In this document: in pieces, positions 40,130-49,458 of the stretch | How the letters are laid out: the number at the start of each line of letters is the position of its first letter | Position numbering within the stretch: position 1 is the stretch's first letter | Source of the DNA: a candidate division WOR-3 bacterium | GTDB taxonomy: Bacteria > Hydrothermota > Hydrothermia > LBFQ01 | Assembly: GCA_039802605.1 (NCBI GenBank) | Contig: JBDRWW010000002.1 | Span: forward strand, 224,001-288,000 | Direction: 5' to 3' | Length of the DNA: 64,000 nt | Notes under the pieces: generated by a model | What the model saw: only the letters and a program-made list of their open reading frames with translations | Database searches by the model: none | What the model was told of the DNA's origin: nothing | Translations under genes and position numbers: made by a program

Positions 40130-41323
40130 CATGACAAACCATTGAAAGTTCGGGTATAGGAAGGAACTCGTTGTTAAACCACCAACATAGGAAAACACCA
40201 CGGCCGATGTAAGATAAAATATTTTCTCGCTTTTTGACCTAAACAACAAATAAATAACAAATGCGCTCCAAATGGAAAACACTATTGCCCCCAATATCCC
40301 GTAATCAAAAAGGAATACCAAAAACAGGTTATGCAAAAATAAACCCATAGGCTTACCAACTATGCTAACACCAAAAAACCTTTGTATGGGATCCAAAGCC
40401 ATAAACCTTTGCAAACCAATAGTCCATAACTGTATTCTCCCGTTTAGGGATTCCGGATCCGTTCCCAATCCCCTTTCAGAAAACCTTAGGACTATCTCAT
40501 CCATGTTCCTAAGGATAAATATCGCGGAGCCCAACAAAACCCACCTTGAAAAATTACCACCCCTTATTGCCGTTATTAACAATACCAAAAAGGCGCTTGT
40601 CCATAACGCCCTCGTATAAGTCTTGTACAAAAGGTATGTGGATAATACAAATAAAACGAGTTCGGGTATAGATATCCTTTTGTTCAACCTGTAAATTAAT
40701 ATTGACCACATGGGAACGAGTTCAAAGCCAAACGCCGTAGCATCGTAATAAACCGCCTTTAACCTTCTCAACTCCTCTTCGTGAAAGGCATCTTGAATGA
40801 AACCCATTAAGGCTAAAATTCCGGTAATTGTTGGGTATATTCCCGATAGTATGAAGGCGGTTTCAATTGCTTTTTCCTCACTTTGGTTGGATTCCCTAGC
40901 CAACCAATAAAAGCCCCATCCAGATAAGAGCCTAAATACGGATTCAAATGTAGGCATTCCCGGTGCAAAAATTAAAGGGGCGGGAATGAGGATTAACATT
41001 AGGATATTTATGTAATCAAATGCCGTTATGGGTTTGGTTAATCTCCTGTTGACAAATATATAAAAAAACCAGACCAATGTGGCATATACGGAAGTGATTT
41101 GGGTTATTTTTAAAGGGCCTATGTAAAGTTCGTAGTATGCATCAATTACGGGTTTCAATATGTTTAAAACCAAAAAGGCGTAAAAGGGATAGGATATAGT
41201 AAGAAAAACTATTGTGGCAAAGGCCAAAGGTGCAACGCTTTTTACAATTCCAAAATTTATAACTATTATTGTAAAAACCGCCGCCAAGATTGCCGGAAAT
41301 ATTATCCAGAACCAACCTTCCAA
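40022..41323 (-). CDS. O-antigen ligase / Wzy-like membrane protein
   Basis: Multi-TM; TYTRA, SLNGRIQLW, HNLFL...DYGILG. Confidence 0.75.
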   Translation of the reverse strand: MEGWFWIIFPAILAAVFTIIVINFGIVKSVAPLAFATIVFLTISYPFYAFLVLNILKPVIDAYYELYIGPLKITQITSVYATLVWFFYIFVNRRLTKPITAFDYINILMLILIPAPLIFAPGMPTFESVFRLLSGWGFYWLARESNQSEEKAIETAFILSGIYPTITGILALMGFIQDAFHEEELRRLKAVYYDATAFGFELVPMWSILIYRLNKRISIPELVLFVLSTYLLYKTYTRALWTSAFLVLLITAIRGGNFSRWVLLGSAIFILRNMDEIVLRFSERGLGTDPESLNGRIQLWTIGLQRFMALDPIQRFFGVSIVGKPMGLFLHNLFLVFLFDYGILGAIVFSIWSAFVIYLLFRSKSEKIFYLTSAVVFSYVGGLTTSSFLYPNFQWFVMSSLGLLVKDHIGQFISKDFKITGSSKPQKAKSRNT

Positions 41324-42228
41324 ATTCCCCTCTCCGAGATTATAAAATCTACCAAATCCGGAGGCGTTATATCAAACGCAAAGTATAAGTAATCCTCCCT
41401 CGGTATATCCCCCCTCCTCTCCACCTCCATATCCTCTGAGAATTTTCTTTCATCAAAGGTTGTTGATGGAGCGGCTACAACAAATGGAATACCAAACCTT
41501 TTGCACGCCAGCGCTATACTCAGTGTCCCTATTTTATTGAAGATATAAAAATCTTTGGTTATCCTATCCGCACCAACTATGGCCAGATCAACATAACCCC
41601 TTGAAATTAAAAACGGCATGTGGTTATCCGGGACAACTTTGTAGGGAATGCCCTCCATTTTCAACTCATAAGCGGTTAGTCTTGCCCCTTGCATATAAGG
41701 GGATGTTTCACCGACGAAAACCTCTTTTACAAGGCCTTTTCTATAAGCGAGTTTTATTATTCCCAAGGCCGTACCCAATCCAACCGTGGCCAATGAACCC
41801 GTATTACAATAGGTTAATACCCTTTTGGGTTTTTCAAAAAGTAATAGTCCGTATTCCGCTATTCTTTCGTTTATCTCCCTTTCCCTGTTTTCAACCTTTT
41901 TCGCAAACCCGTAAAGTTCTTGGGGTTTTGCACCGTTTTTTAGTAATTCTCTTGCCTCTTCCAAAACATTGTGGAGGTTTACACCCGTTGGCCTCGATTC
42001 CTTTAAAACTTTCCAAGCCTCTTGAATCGTATCCGGGGAACGCAGGGAATGTATATACAAGCAGTATGCGGCAAAAACTGCTATTATAGGGGCTCCCCTA
42101 ATCGCCATATCCTTTATAACCCTGGCGCCCTCAAAGGCATCACAAACCTCTATCCAAACCTCCCTATCCGGTAAGAGCCTTTGATCTAAAACCTCTAAGC
42201 GATCACCCTTTAACCTAAAAGGCTCCAT
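41302..42228 (-). CDS. mtnA: S-methyl-5-thioribose-1-phosphate isomerase
   Basis: LDQRLLP, IRGAP, SRPT.VNL, CNTGSLAT, QGARLT, VGADRI, NKIGT. Confidence 0.93.
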   Translation of the reverse strand: MEPFRLKGDRLEVLDQRLLPDREVWIEVCDAFEGARVIKDMAIRGAPIIAVFAAYCLYIHSLRSPDTIQEAWKVLKESRPTGVNLHNVLEEARELLKNGAKPQELYGFAKKVENREREINERIAEYGLLLFEKPKRVLTYCNTGSLATVGLGTALGIIKLAYRKGLVKEVFVGETSPYMQGARLTAYELKMEGIPYKVVPDNHMPFLISRGYVDLAIVGADRITKDFYIFNKIGTLSIALACKRFGIPFVVAAPSTTFDERKFSEDMEVERRGDIPREDYLYFAFDITPPDLVDFIISERGIWKVGSG

Positions 42229-42582
42229 TTACATGATTTCAACATCCGATAGTATTAGGGATTTATTCCCGGGTTTTACATTTATTATTGTGGGCTTTCT
42301 TCCAATACCCCGTGTTGGAAGCATTTCCGCATCTTCTATGCGGTTTATGTCAATCACTATTGTGTGTTTCCCGGGTTCGTATGTAAAGGTCTTCTCCCAG
42401 TACTCCCCATCCTTCCAGAACCTAACCTTTACGGTGAATTTACCCTCGGATTGGGCTGAAAACCTAAAAACCCTATAATCTGCGGGGATTTCTTTATAAA
42501 CCTCTTCGTTTGCAACAAACATATTACCCCTGCCTTCAAGGGGTGCTCCGTTTAAAGAAATCCATCCTATTAACCAAAACAT
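42229..42582 (-). CDS. Hypothetical protein (small beta-rich, probably exported)
   Basis: 117-aa ORF tightly coupled between neighbours; SD-like GGAGGTG upstream. Confidence 0.6.
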   Translation of the reverse strand: MFWLIGWISLNGAPLEGRGNMFVANEEVYKEIPADYRVFRFSAQSEGKFTVKVRFWKDGEYWEKTFTYEPGKHTIVIDINRIEDAEMLPTRGIGRKPTIINVKPGNKSLILSDVEIM

Positions 42583-42585
42583 ACT

Positions 42586-43908
42586 TCACCTCCTTATAAC
42601 CTTATAAACCCTATTCCCGCGCTTAACCATATAAACCCCCTTTGGAAGATTGCTAATATCTTTACCAACCAGCCTACCCTCAACATTATAAACCTCGGCT
42701 TCTTCTCCTTTTACACTAAGATTTTCCGAAACCTTTAAATATGGTATTGGGGCGTAGGCAAACCATATATGCCAGTAGTTCCTACCTCCGGAGACTATCC
42801 TATTATCCGACCAAACCACATAAACATTGTTGCCATCCGCCCAAGCGTCTATGTAGTGCCCCGGCCAACAGTCGTTTGTGTAATCAACACCGCTAACGCC
42901 ACCGCATCCGCTCCTATCGACAAATGGAAAATATGTATCCGAAACCCTTATTGGAGAAGACCAAGAGTTGCCGCCATCGGTTGAGTATGAGTAGTACAAG
43001 CCCCATAAACCGGTTCCCGCACTGTTATCGTACCAAAATGCGTGCAAACCTCCATAAGGATCTGCCGCCAGAGCGGGCATATATTCCGCAACGGAAGGGG
43101 GATTTGATGTTATCCTTACGGGGGATGACCAGGTTGCGCCTCCGTTTGTTGATTTAACGAACTCAACCTTCAAGTTGCTCAAAGAACCCGCCATATAGAT
43201 TATACCTATGTTTCCCTTACCCCACCCAACGGGTTGATAACCAGCGGGATAGGGGTTTGGGGCTATATCGGGGGTCATACACGCGGCATTTGTTGGGGAA
43301 GACCATGTGGCACCGTTTGTGCTCCTTGAAACATAGAGGTATATGCAAGAACCGCTTGATCTCCACCAAACGGCATAAAACAGGGAGTCGTCGGATGCCG
43401 CCATGGGAACACCCCCGGTTGAATAAACCGCAGCCCTGCTCCAAGTGGCACCGTTATTATAAGAGTAAGCGGAATAAATCGTAGAAGATGTGCAATAGTT
43501 GGAGTAAATTATAACCGCTGTATCGTTCCTTACGGCTATCCAGGGGTGATCCGTTGATGAGCAGTTTCCGGCATTTATGGCGGAGCTCCAAGTTAGGCCT
43601 CCATCCGTGGAACGCATATAATATGTGTAATAATTACCCAACCAAACGAGATGAACGGTATTACCCCAAATCCTAACAACGGGGTCGCAACAGGCCGGTC
43701 CGGGATCGCCGAAGTGTGCCCCCCATGTTAGTCCTCCATCGTGCGTTATGGAGAAGGCGTTTTCTCCCGTTATATCCATATCTATCCACCCCGAACCGCC
43801 GAGGCTATACATAACCGCACCCGAAACCTCGGCATGGCTTGTGTTATCGGGGTAATCATCCACGCGCACATTGACAAAAGGGTAATCGTTTAAAATTATT
43901 AAGAACAT
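42586..43908 (-). CDS. BNR/Asp-box (sialidase-like) beta-propeller with T9SS-like CTD
   Basis: Repeated SxDGGxTW; VVWSDNR; CTD VYNVEGR...LPKGVYMVK...KVIRR; ATG 43908 lies 7 nt after TATAAT. Confidence 0.85.
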   Translation of the reverse strand: MFLIILNDYPFVNVRVDDYPDNTSHAEVSGAVMYSLGGSGWIDMDITGENAFSITHDGGLTWGAHFGDPGPACCDPVVRIWGNTVHLVWLGNYYTYYMRSTDGGLTWSSAINAGNCSSTDHPWIAVRNDTAVIIYSNYCTSSTIYSAYSYNNGATWSRAAVYSTGGVPMAASDDSLFYAVWWRSSGSCIYLYVSRSTNGATWSSPTNAACMTPDIAPNPYPAGYQPVGWGKGNIGIIYMAGSLSNLKVEFVKSTNGGATWSSPVRITSNPPSVAEYMPALAADPYGGLHAFWYDNSAGTGLWGLYYSYSTDGGNSWSSPIRVSDTYFPFVDRSGCGGVSGVDYTNDCWPGHYIDAWADGNNVYVVWSDNRIVSGGRNYWHIWFAYAPIPYLKVSENLSVKGEEAEVYNVEGRLVGKDISNLPKGVYMVKRGNRVYKVIRR

Positions 43909-43961
43909 ATTGGGTATTATAAGGCTGAGAAACAAAACTCTGGCAACCTTAAAATAGCGGT

Positions 43962-45068
43962 TTGAAACGATGGGCGTTTTTGATAATTTTTCTTGGATGT
44001 TCTGCAAATTTTAACACCTTGGAGGGGCCCGAAAACCAAAGGGATATAAGGGTGGAATTTAAAGACATTGTGGTGAAAAAGGGCGATGTTTTTGGAGAAA
44101 TTGTCAATAATTTGGATTTCCTACCACAAAAGGGCGAAATTGTAAAGTGGTTCTCCGATAGCGTAAGGATTTTAAACATATACGACACGATAAGGTTTGT
44201 TTTCATAAACGACACCCTAAGCAGGTTGGAAATAAGGAAGTTAAAGGGAATATACGAGTATGACTTTTCTACGGGCAGCGGGCGGTTTATAAAAAGGTTT
44301 AAGGAATACATTCCAAAAACCGTCCAATTGGTTATAAATACGAGTTTGTGGGATGCTTTCCTAAACGAAAACCTACCCCTGGAATTGTTTGTTGAGATTA
44401 CCGATATATTCGCTTGGGATATTGACTTCTCATCCGAAACCCAAAGCGGTGATACTTTGAGGATGGTTTATTCGGATGCGGGAATAGTGTATTATGCCGA
44501 GTATATAGGGAAAACAACGGGTAGAAGGGTGGCCGTTAGGTTTAGGGGGGAGTATTACGACGATAAGGGCAACAATATACGCAGGATGTTCTTAAAATCA
44601 CCATTAAAATCCTATGTTATAACATCCGGTTTTGGCATAAGATTTCACCCCATTTTGAGGGAATACAGGCCCCATCATGGCGTTGATTACGCCGCACCTT
44701 ATGGTTCTCCGGTTCATACCGTGGCAAGCGGTAGGGTTGTGTTTGCCGGTTGGAAGGGCGGGTATGGTAAGACGGTTATAATAAAACATACAAATGGATA
44801 TCAAACCCTTTACGGCCACCTGTCAAGGATATATGTCAAAACCGGGCAAGTCGTGGAGCAAGGGGATGTAATAGGTGCCGTGGGTTCAACTGGGCTATCA
44901 ACAGGCCCACATCTACATTTTGAAATAAGACAACACGGGAAACTCATGAACCCCCTACGGATAAAATCCGAGCCTTTAAAACCCCTTCCGGAAGAATTAA
45001 AACCCGAGTTCTTTGCCCTATTGAGGGAATACCAAGATATGATAAATGGCTACATCGTATCAAGATAA
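43962..45068 (+). CDS. M23-family peptidoglycan DD-metalloendopeptidase lipoprotein
   Basis: Lipobox FLGC; HHGVDYAAP, YGHL, STGPHLHFE. Confidence 0.92.
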   Translation: MKRWAFLIIFLGCSANFNTLEGPENQRDIRVEFKDIVVKKGDVFGEIVNNLDFLPQKGEIVKWFSDSVRILNIYDTIRFVFINDTLSRLEIRKLKGIYEYDFSTGSGRFIKRFKEYIPKTVQLVINTSLWDAFLNENLPLELFVEITDIFAWDIDFSSETQSGDTLRMVYSDAGIVYYAEYIGKTTGRRVAVRFRGEYYDDKGNNIRRMFLKSPLKSYVITSGFGIRFHPILREYRPHHGVDYAAPYGSPVHTVASGRVVFAGWKGGYGKTVIIKHTNGYQTLYGHLSRIYVKTGQVVEQGDVIGAVGSTGLSTGPHLHFEIRQHGKLMNPLRIKSEPLKPLPEELKPEFFALLREYQDMINGYIVSR

Positions 45069-45636
45069 ACACAGAAAAATTTTAAAACCCTTTGCAATTT
45101 TCTTGGCAAAAACCGGAATACATCCCAACTTTATAACCCTGCTCTCCTTTATGCTTACATCAAGCGGAATCGTATGGATAATTTTAAAAAAACCCCTTAT
45201 AGCCTTTCTTTGGTTTTTAATAACCGCACCCTTAGATGCGGTTGATGGCTATGTTGCGAGGATATCGGGGAAAACAAGCAAGTTTGGCGCATTTTTGGAT
45301 TCAACCCTTGACAGGGTAAGCGATTCCTTAATATTTTTATCCCTGATGTACGTTTTCAGAGGGGACAAAATTCTTTTCCCTTTATTGTCTATTTCCCTAA
45401 TATCTTCGTATTTGATAAGTTATACCCGCGCGAGGGTTGAAGGTCTTGGGGGGGAATTAAAAGAGGGCCTTATGAGTAGGTATCCGAGGTTCTTCGGTTT
45501 CTTGATTTTGATTTTGATCTGGGAATTTCTCGGAATTTTGTGGTTTAAATATACCCTTTCAATATACGCTTTGCTTTTGATTTTTACGGTTCTACAAAGG
45601 ATATTCTTGGCTTATAGAAAACTTCAATACAAATAA
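45046..45636 (+). CDS. CDP-alcohol phosphatidyltransferase
   Basis: PNFIT, DAVDG.VAR...SKFGAFLDSTLDR, SYTRAR.E. Confidence 0.9.
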   Translation: MATSYQDKHRKILKPFAIFLAKTGIHPNFITLLSFMLTSSGIVWIILKKPLIAFLWFLITAPLDAVDGYVARISGKTSKFGAFLDSTLDRVSDSLIFLSLMYVFRGDKILFPLLSISLISSYLISYTRARVEGLGGELKEGLMSRYPRFFGFLILILIWEFLGILWFKYTLSIYALLLIFTVLQRIFLAYRKLQYK

Positions 45637-45664
45637 TCTCTTCCGGCTTTAAAATATCCAAACT

Positions 45665-47491
45665 ATGGTGGGGATAATTTTGTCCGCGGTTCAAAGTTTG
45701 AGCTTTAAAGCGGTTGGGGATATTTCCCCAAAGAGTATATACGGTCCAGACCCCTACGGGTACATAGCCATCACATCCGATGACACATCCTCAATGCGCC
45801 CCACATGGAATTGGGTTGATAAATCCTCCGATCCCTCAACGGTATATCTAACAATGTCCGATGACGACATACAGGGGCCTTTCCCGATAGGATTTACTTT
45901 CCCCTATTACTGGTATTCGGTTTCCCAGTTTTACATACACTCAAACGGTGCAATAGGTTTTCGTTCCGGTCCTTTCTGGACGCCTCACGACAATTTTATA
46001 CCCAATGCCGCATTACCCAACGATATAGTAGTAGGCCTTGGCGCGGACTTAAACCCCTCTTGTGGGGGAAGAATATACTACTGGACAAACGGCACGGACT
46101 CCCTAGTCGTTACATTTGATAGCGTTCCCACATGGTGGAGCGGTACGGATTGCAACGGTGCCCACACATTCCAGATAATCCTTACGGCGGATGGAAATAT
46201 CACATTTAACTACGGACCGCAAATAGGCGGATACGATTACGGTATAGGTCAGGTCGGAATATCCATAGGAATTGAATCCGTTTTGGGTAATCCGGGATTG
46301 AGCGTTCATGAGGATGGAACCCCTACAACTTCGCAACCGAGGGATTCCTTTGCAATAAAGATTTACAGGCCGGATTCGACGACTTTCAGGATTGCGGATG
46401 CTTCGGCTCACTCCATATTCGGGAACGAAACTAACCATGTGTTAAACGCCGGAATATTCATAGCGTATAACAGGGAAACCGCCTTTATTCCGGAAATAAA
46501 AGTTGAAAATGTGGGAACGGACACTCTTTACAATACTTGGGCAAAGCTTGTAATACGCAGGAGATTTTCGGGATCCATCTCATACAGGGATTCCGTATTG
46601 ATACCCACAATTTCACCGGGTTCCGTTGTATCTCAAACCCTAACACCTATAAACTTCTCCACATTTGCAAGGGACTTTTATACTGCAATTCTAACCGTTT
46701 CCAACTCCTCGGATGCTAATACCACAAACAACACGCAAAGGGTTGAAATCAGGCTATACCATTGGACAAATCCCGATACACTTTATTGGTTTAACTGGAA
46801 CAATTTGGCAACTGGTAATCTCGTTTTCACGAGGTGGCTTGGAGCCGGTGGTGGATGGGCACAAAGATTTGATCCAAGGCATTACCCCTTCCAAATTGAC
46901 TCCGCCTGGTTGGTGGTTGCCGGATGTTTATCCGCAGATCCCGCATGTACGGGTCCAATAAACACACCGATGTTTATAGCATCCGATACCAACGGGACCG
47001 TTGGAACATGGTTATACGCCGATACATTACCCGTTTCAAGGGATTCTGCAAAGATATACACCTTAATACCGCCCACCCCATTGGTTGTTAATAGGCCCTT
47101 CTTCGTGGGTTACATTCAGCCCGATAGCCTTGGCCCTTCTGTTGGTATGGATACATCAAAACCCGTTTCAAGGCAAACCTTTGAATCAACCGACGGTGTA
47201 AGTTGGGCACCTTATAGGGATATGGAAACCTCGGATTTTGCATTTGTTGTATGGGGTAAATCCCTAGAATCCACATCTATAAGCGAAGGGAAATCCACAA
47301 AACCCACAGATATACACATATCCAAGGATGGTGTAATAACCCTCTCCGGTAAGACCCATGTTAAGGTTTATAGCGTATCCGGGAGGGTTGTGTTTGAAGG
47401 CGAAACCGAAAAGGTCTCATTAAAGGGTTATCCGCGGGGTTTGTATTTTGTAAAGGTCGGAAATAGGCTTATAAGGTTTGTTAAAAAATAA
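45665..47491 (+). CDS. Secreted protein (nidogen-like + CARDB-like regions) with T9SS-like CTD
   Basis: GPDPYGY, IGFTFPYY...SNGAI.F, TFQIIL...G.I.FNY; CTD VYSVSGR...PRGLYFVK...RFVKK. Confidence 0.8.
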   Translation: MVGIILSAVQSLSFKAVGDISPKSIYGPDPYGYIAITSDDTSSMRPTWNWVDKSSDPSTVYLTMSDDDIQGPFPIGFTFPYYWYSVSQFYIHSNGAIGFRSGPFWTPHDNFIPNAALPNDIVVGLGADLNPSCGGRIYYWTNGTDSLVVTFDSVPTWWSGTDCNGAHTFQIILTADGNITFNYGPQIGGYDYGIGQVGISIGIESVLGNPGLSVHEDGTPTTSQPRDSFAIKIYRPDSTTFRIADASAHSIFGNETNHVLNAGIFIAYNRETAFIPEIKVENVGTDTLYNTWAKLVIRRRFSGSISYRDSVLIPTISPGSVVSQTLTPINFSTFARDFYTAILTVSNSSDANTTNNTQRVEIRLYHWTNPDTLYWFNWNNLATGNLVFTRWLGAGGGWAQRFDPRHYPFQIDSAWLVVAGCLSADPACTGPINTPMFIASDTNGTVGTWLYADTLPVSRDSAKIYTLIPPTPLVVNRPFFVGYIQPDSLGPSVGMDTSKPVSRQTFESTDGVSWAPYRDMETSDFAFVVWGKSLESTSISEGKSTKPTDIHISKDGVITLSGKTHVKVYSVSGRVVFEGETEKVSLKGYPRGLYFVKVGNRLIRFVKK

Positions 47492-47496
47492 ACCGT

Positions 47497-47518
47497 AGGG
47501 GGCCTTGCGCCCCCTTTT
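47497..47518 (+). terminator. Intrinsic terminator
   Basis: agggggc-cttgc-gcccccт-type GC stem (gggggc/gccccc) followed by tttt right after the stop at 47491. Confidence 0.65.
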
Positions 47519-47522
47519 CCCC

Positions 47523-48347
47523 ATGAAAAGGTTCTTAGTTTTAGTGTTTTTTATTACCTGCAAGGACATAAGTTTTCCCAACGATTTAAAGCCATTATAC
47601 ATAAGCGCCCAATTGGTTGTAGGGGATACCGTTCAGTATGTTTTCGTTGATATGCCAAGAAAACCCGAGGAGCCCCGGGGTAAGGGGTTTAACGATGCAT
47701 ATGTTGAGGTTTCGGATGGTGAAACCACATATGTTTTTACACCCGAACTAACCGTAATAGATATTATCTGGGAATTCCAATCGGGAAGGGGAAAGGACAC
47801 CATATGGCTTTACAAAGCCAAGTTTTCGCCAAAACCACTTAAAACTTATTATCTAACCGTTATAAGGGGTAAAGATACGGCAAGAGCCCAAACAACAACG
47901 CCGGATACATTTTCCTTTGTTCTAATTAAGATAAACCCCGACAGCACGTTTACATTTATAAACGATACCGTCAGATTACCGCAAGACTCCTCCGTCTTGG
48001 CAATATGGAAAAAAGTAAATGGGGCATATTTTTACTATTCATATGTTTATAACTACGATAAGAGGGATAGCCTCTTGGACTACAACCCAAATAGGTATAT
48101 CTTTGTACCGGTGCTTGACAGCGCCTTAATAGGAGGTATAGCCGATAGTTTAAGGGGGTTTCCACCTTTTGCCTTTTATAAAGATCCCACATTTGATTGG
48201 GGAAATGGTAATTATGCAATAAAGGTTTGGGCTTTAAACCGCGATAGGCATTTATGGGGTTTTTATGGGGAGGGGAATATTAACAACGCGGAGGGTGTAT
48301 TCGGTGCGGTTTCCCAGTATATGAAGGTTGTGTATGTCAGGTTTTAA
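47523..48347 (+). CDS. DUF4249-like lipoprotein
   Basis: MKRFLVLVFFITC lipobox; P...KTYYLTV...A.TT.P; C-terminal NINNAEGVFGA. Confidence 0.75.
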   Translation: MKRFLVLVFFITCKDISFPNDLKPLYISAQLVVGDTVQYVFVDMPRKPEEPRGKGFNDAYVEVSDGETTYVFTPELTVIDIIWEFQSGRGKDTIWLYKAKFSPKPLKTYYLTVIRGKDTARAQTTTPDTFSFVLIKINPDSTFTFINDTVRLPQDSSVLAIWKKVNGAYFYYSYVYNYDKRDSLLDYNPNRYIFVPVLDSALIGGIADSLRGFPPFAFYKDPTFDWGNGNYAIKVWALNRDRHLWGFYGEGNINNAEGVFGAVSQYMKVVYVRF

Positions 48348-49458
48348 CTTAAATGTAGAGATAAACCGATTGAAGAAAAGGATAAGGGAAAAGCCGGATG
48401 TGGAAAGTTTAAAAACCCTCCTCAGGTACTTGGCGGCCGAGGGTTTAATAAGGGAAATTCCAAAGTATTTGAAAATATGGAGGGAAAGCCTTCCATTGGA
48501 CGAAATTTTTTATACCTTTTTGGGATTGTACTATGCAAGGACTTTAAAGGTAGGGAAACTTAAAGGGATTTGGAAAAAGATACCTAATGAATACAAAGCG
48601 GTAATCTTGATGTCCTACGGATATCCGGAAAAGGCTTTGAAATTAACTTCCGACGAATACACAAAGGCCAGCTGCTATTACCTTATGGGTAAAGATTATG
48701 AATTGGATAAACCGTTGGATGATGCGAACAGGGTTATATACAACAACATATTGGGTGCGAAATATACATTATCCGGTGAGTTTGAGAAGGCAATAAATGT
48801 TTCGGAGGAAAACTTCCATTTAGCGGTATCCATGGGAATGTACGGTCCCGCCATAAATTCTTACATTTCAAAGGGTATTGTTGAGTGCGATACCGTGCCC
48901 CTTATATTTGCGAGTTTGGTGTCAAAACACCTCGGGGATAGGTACAACTACATAAAGACTGGAATATATATCAGGTTTTTTAAAGGGCTTAGGGTAAGGC
49001 TAAAGGGTGATACGGCTAAAATAAGATATTTCCGAGTTTTGAATGATTTGGCCTCCGGAAAGGATGGGGTTTATTCCTTAATAGGATTGAAGAACCTCTT
49101 TTGGTATTTGAATAAGCGTAAAACCGGGGAAATGTATTTAAGTTTTGCCGGAAAGTTGAAGTTAATGAAAGGGAAAGGGGAAATGAAGGAAAGGAAAAAA
49201 ACGCTTATAGTTTTGGCGTTTATGAAGGCTTTTAATAACGACGCCGATAAGGTTAAAAAATACGCGCACCTTATATTTCCGGAAAGTTTTTCCCCAAAAA
49301 GGAGGTTAGGCGAGTATATTTCAAGGGCAAGGGCGTATATTGGCGTTGATACGGATGCCTTCATAACTTTAAGATTCGGAAACTTTTTAAGGGATGAGGT
49401 TGGTGAATGGAAAAACATAATCCTCCATAGAATGAAAACCTATGTTGGAGAACATTAA
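48334..49458 (+). CDS. TPR-like protein with C-terminal SARP/OmpR-like winged helix (putative regulator)
   Basis: YNNILGAKYTLSGEFEKAI TPR; LSFAGKLKL...LIVLAF...LIFPE...L..YISRAR; start uncertain (48328 or 48334). Confidence 0.55.
   Translation: MSGFNLNVEINRLKKRIREKPDVESLKTLLRYLAAEGLIREIPKYLKIWRESLPLDEIFYTFLGLYYARTLKVGKLKGIWKKIPNEYKAVILMSYGYPEKALKLTSDEYTKASCYYLMGKDYELDKPLDDANRVIYNNILGAKYTLSGEFEKAINVSEENFHLAVSMGMYGPAINSYISKGIVECDTVPLIFASLVSKHLGDRYNYIKTGIYIRFFKGLRVRLKGDTAKIRYFRVLNDLASGKDGVYSLIGLKNLFWYLNKRKTGEMYLSFAGKLKLMKGKGEMKERKKTLIVLAFMKAFNNDADKVKKYAHLIFPESFSPKRRLGEYISRARAYIGVDTDAFITLRFGNFLRDEVGEWKNIILHRMKTYVGEH

Noticed and set aside
43909..44007. Longer TTG-started N-terminus for the BNR protein that could supply a normal signal peptide
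   Set aside because: It overlaps the divergent M23 gene head-to-head, and a CCT-TATAAT sits 7 nt before ATG 43908; not fully excluded.
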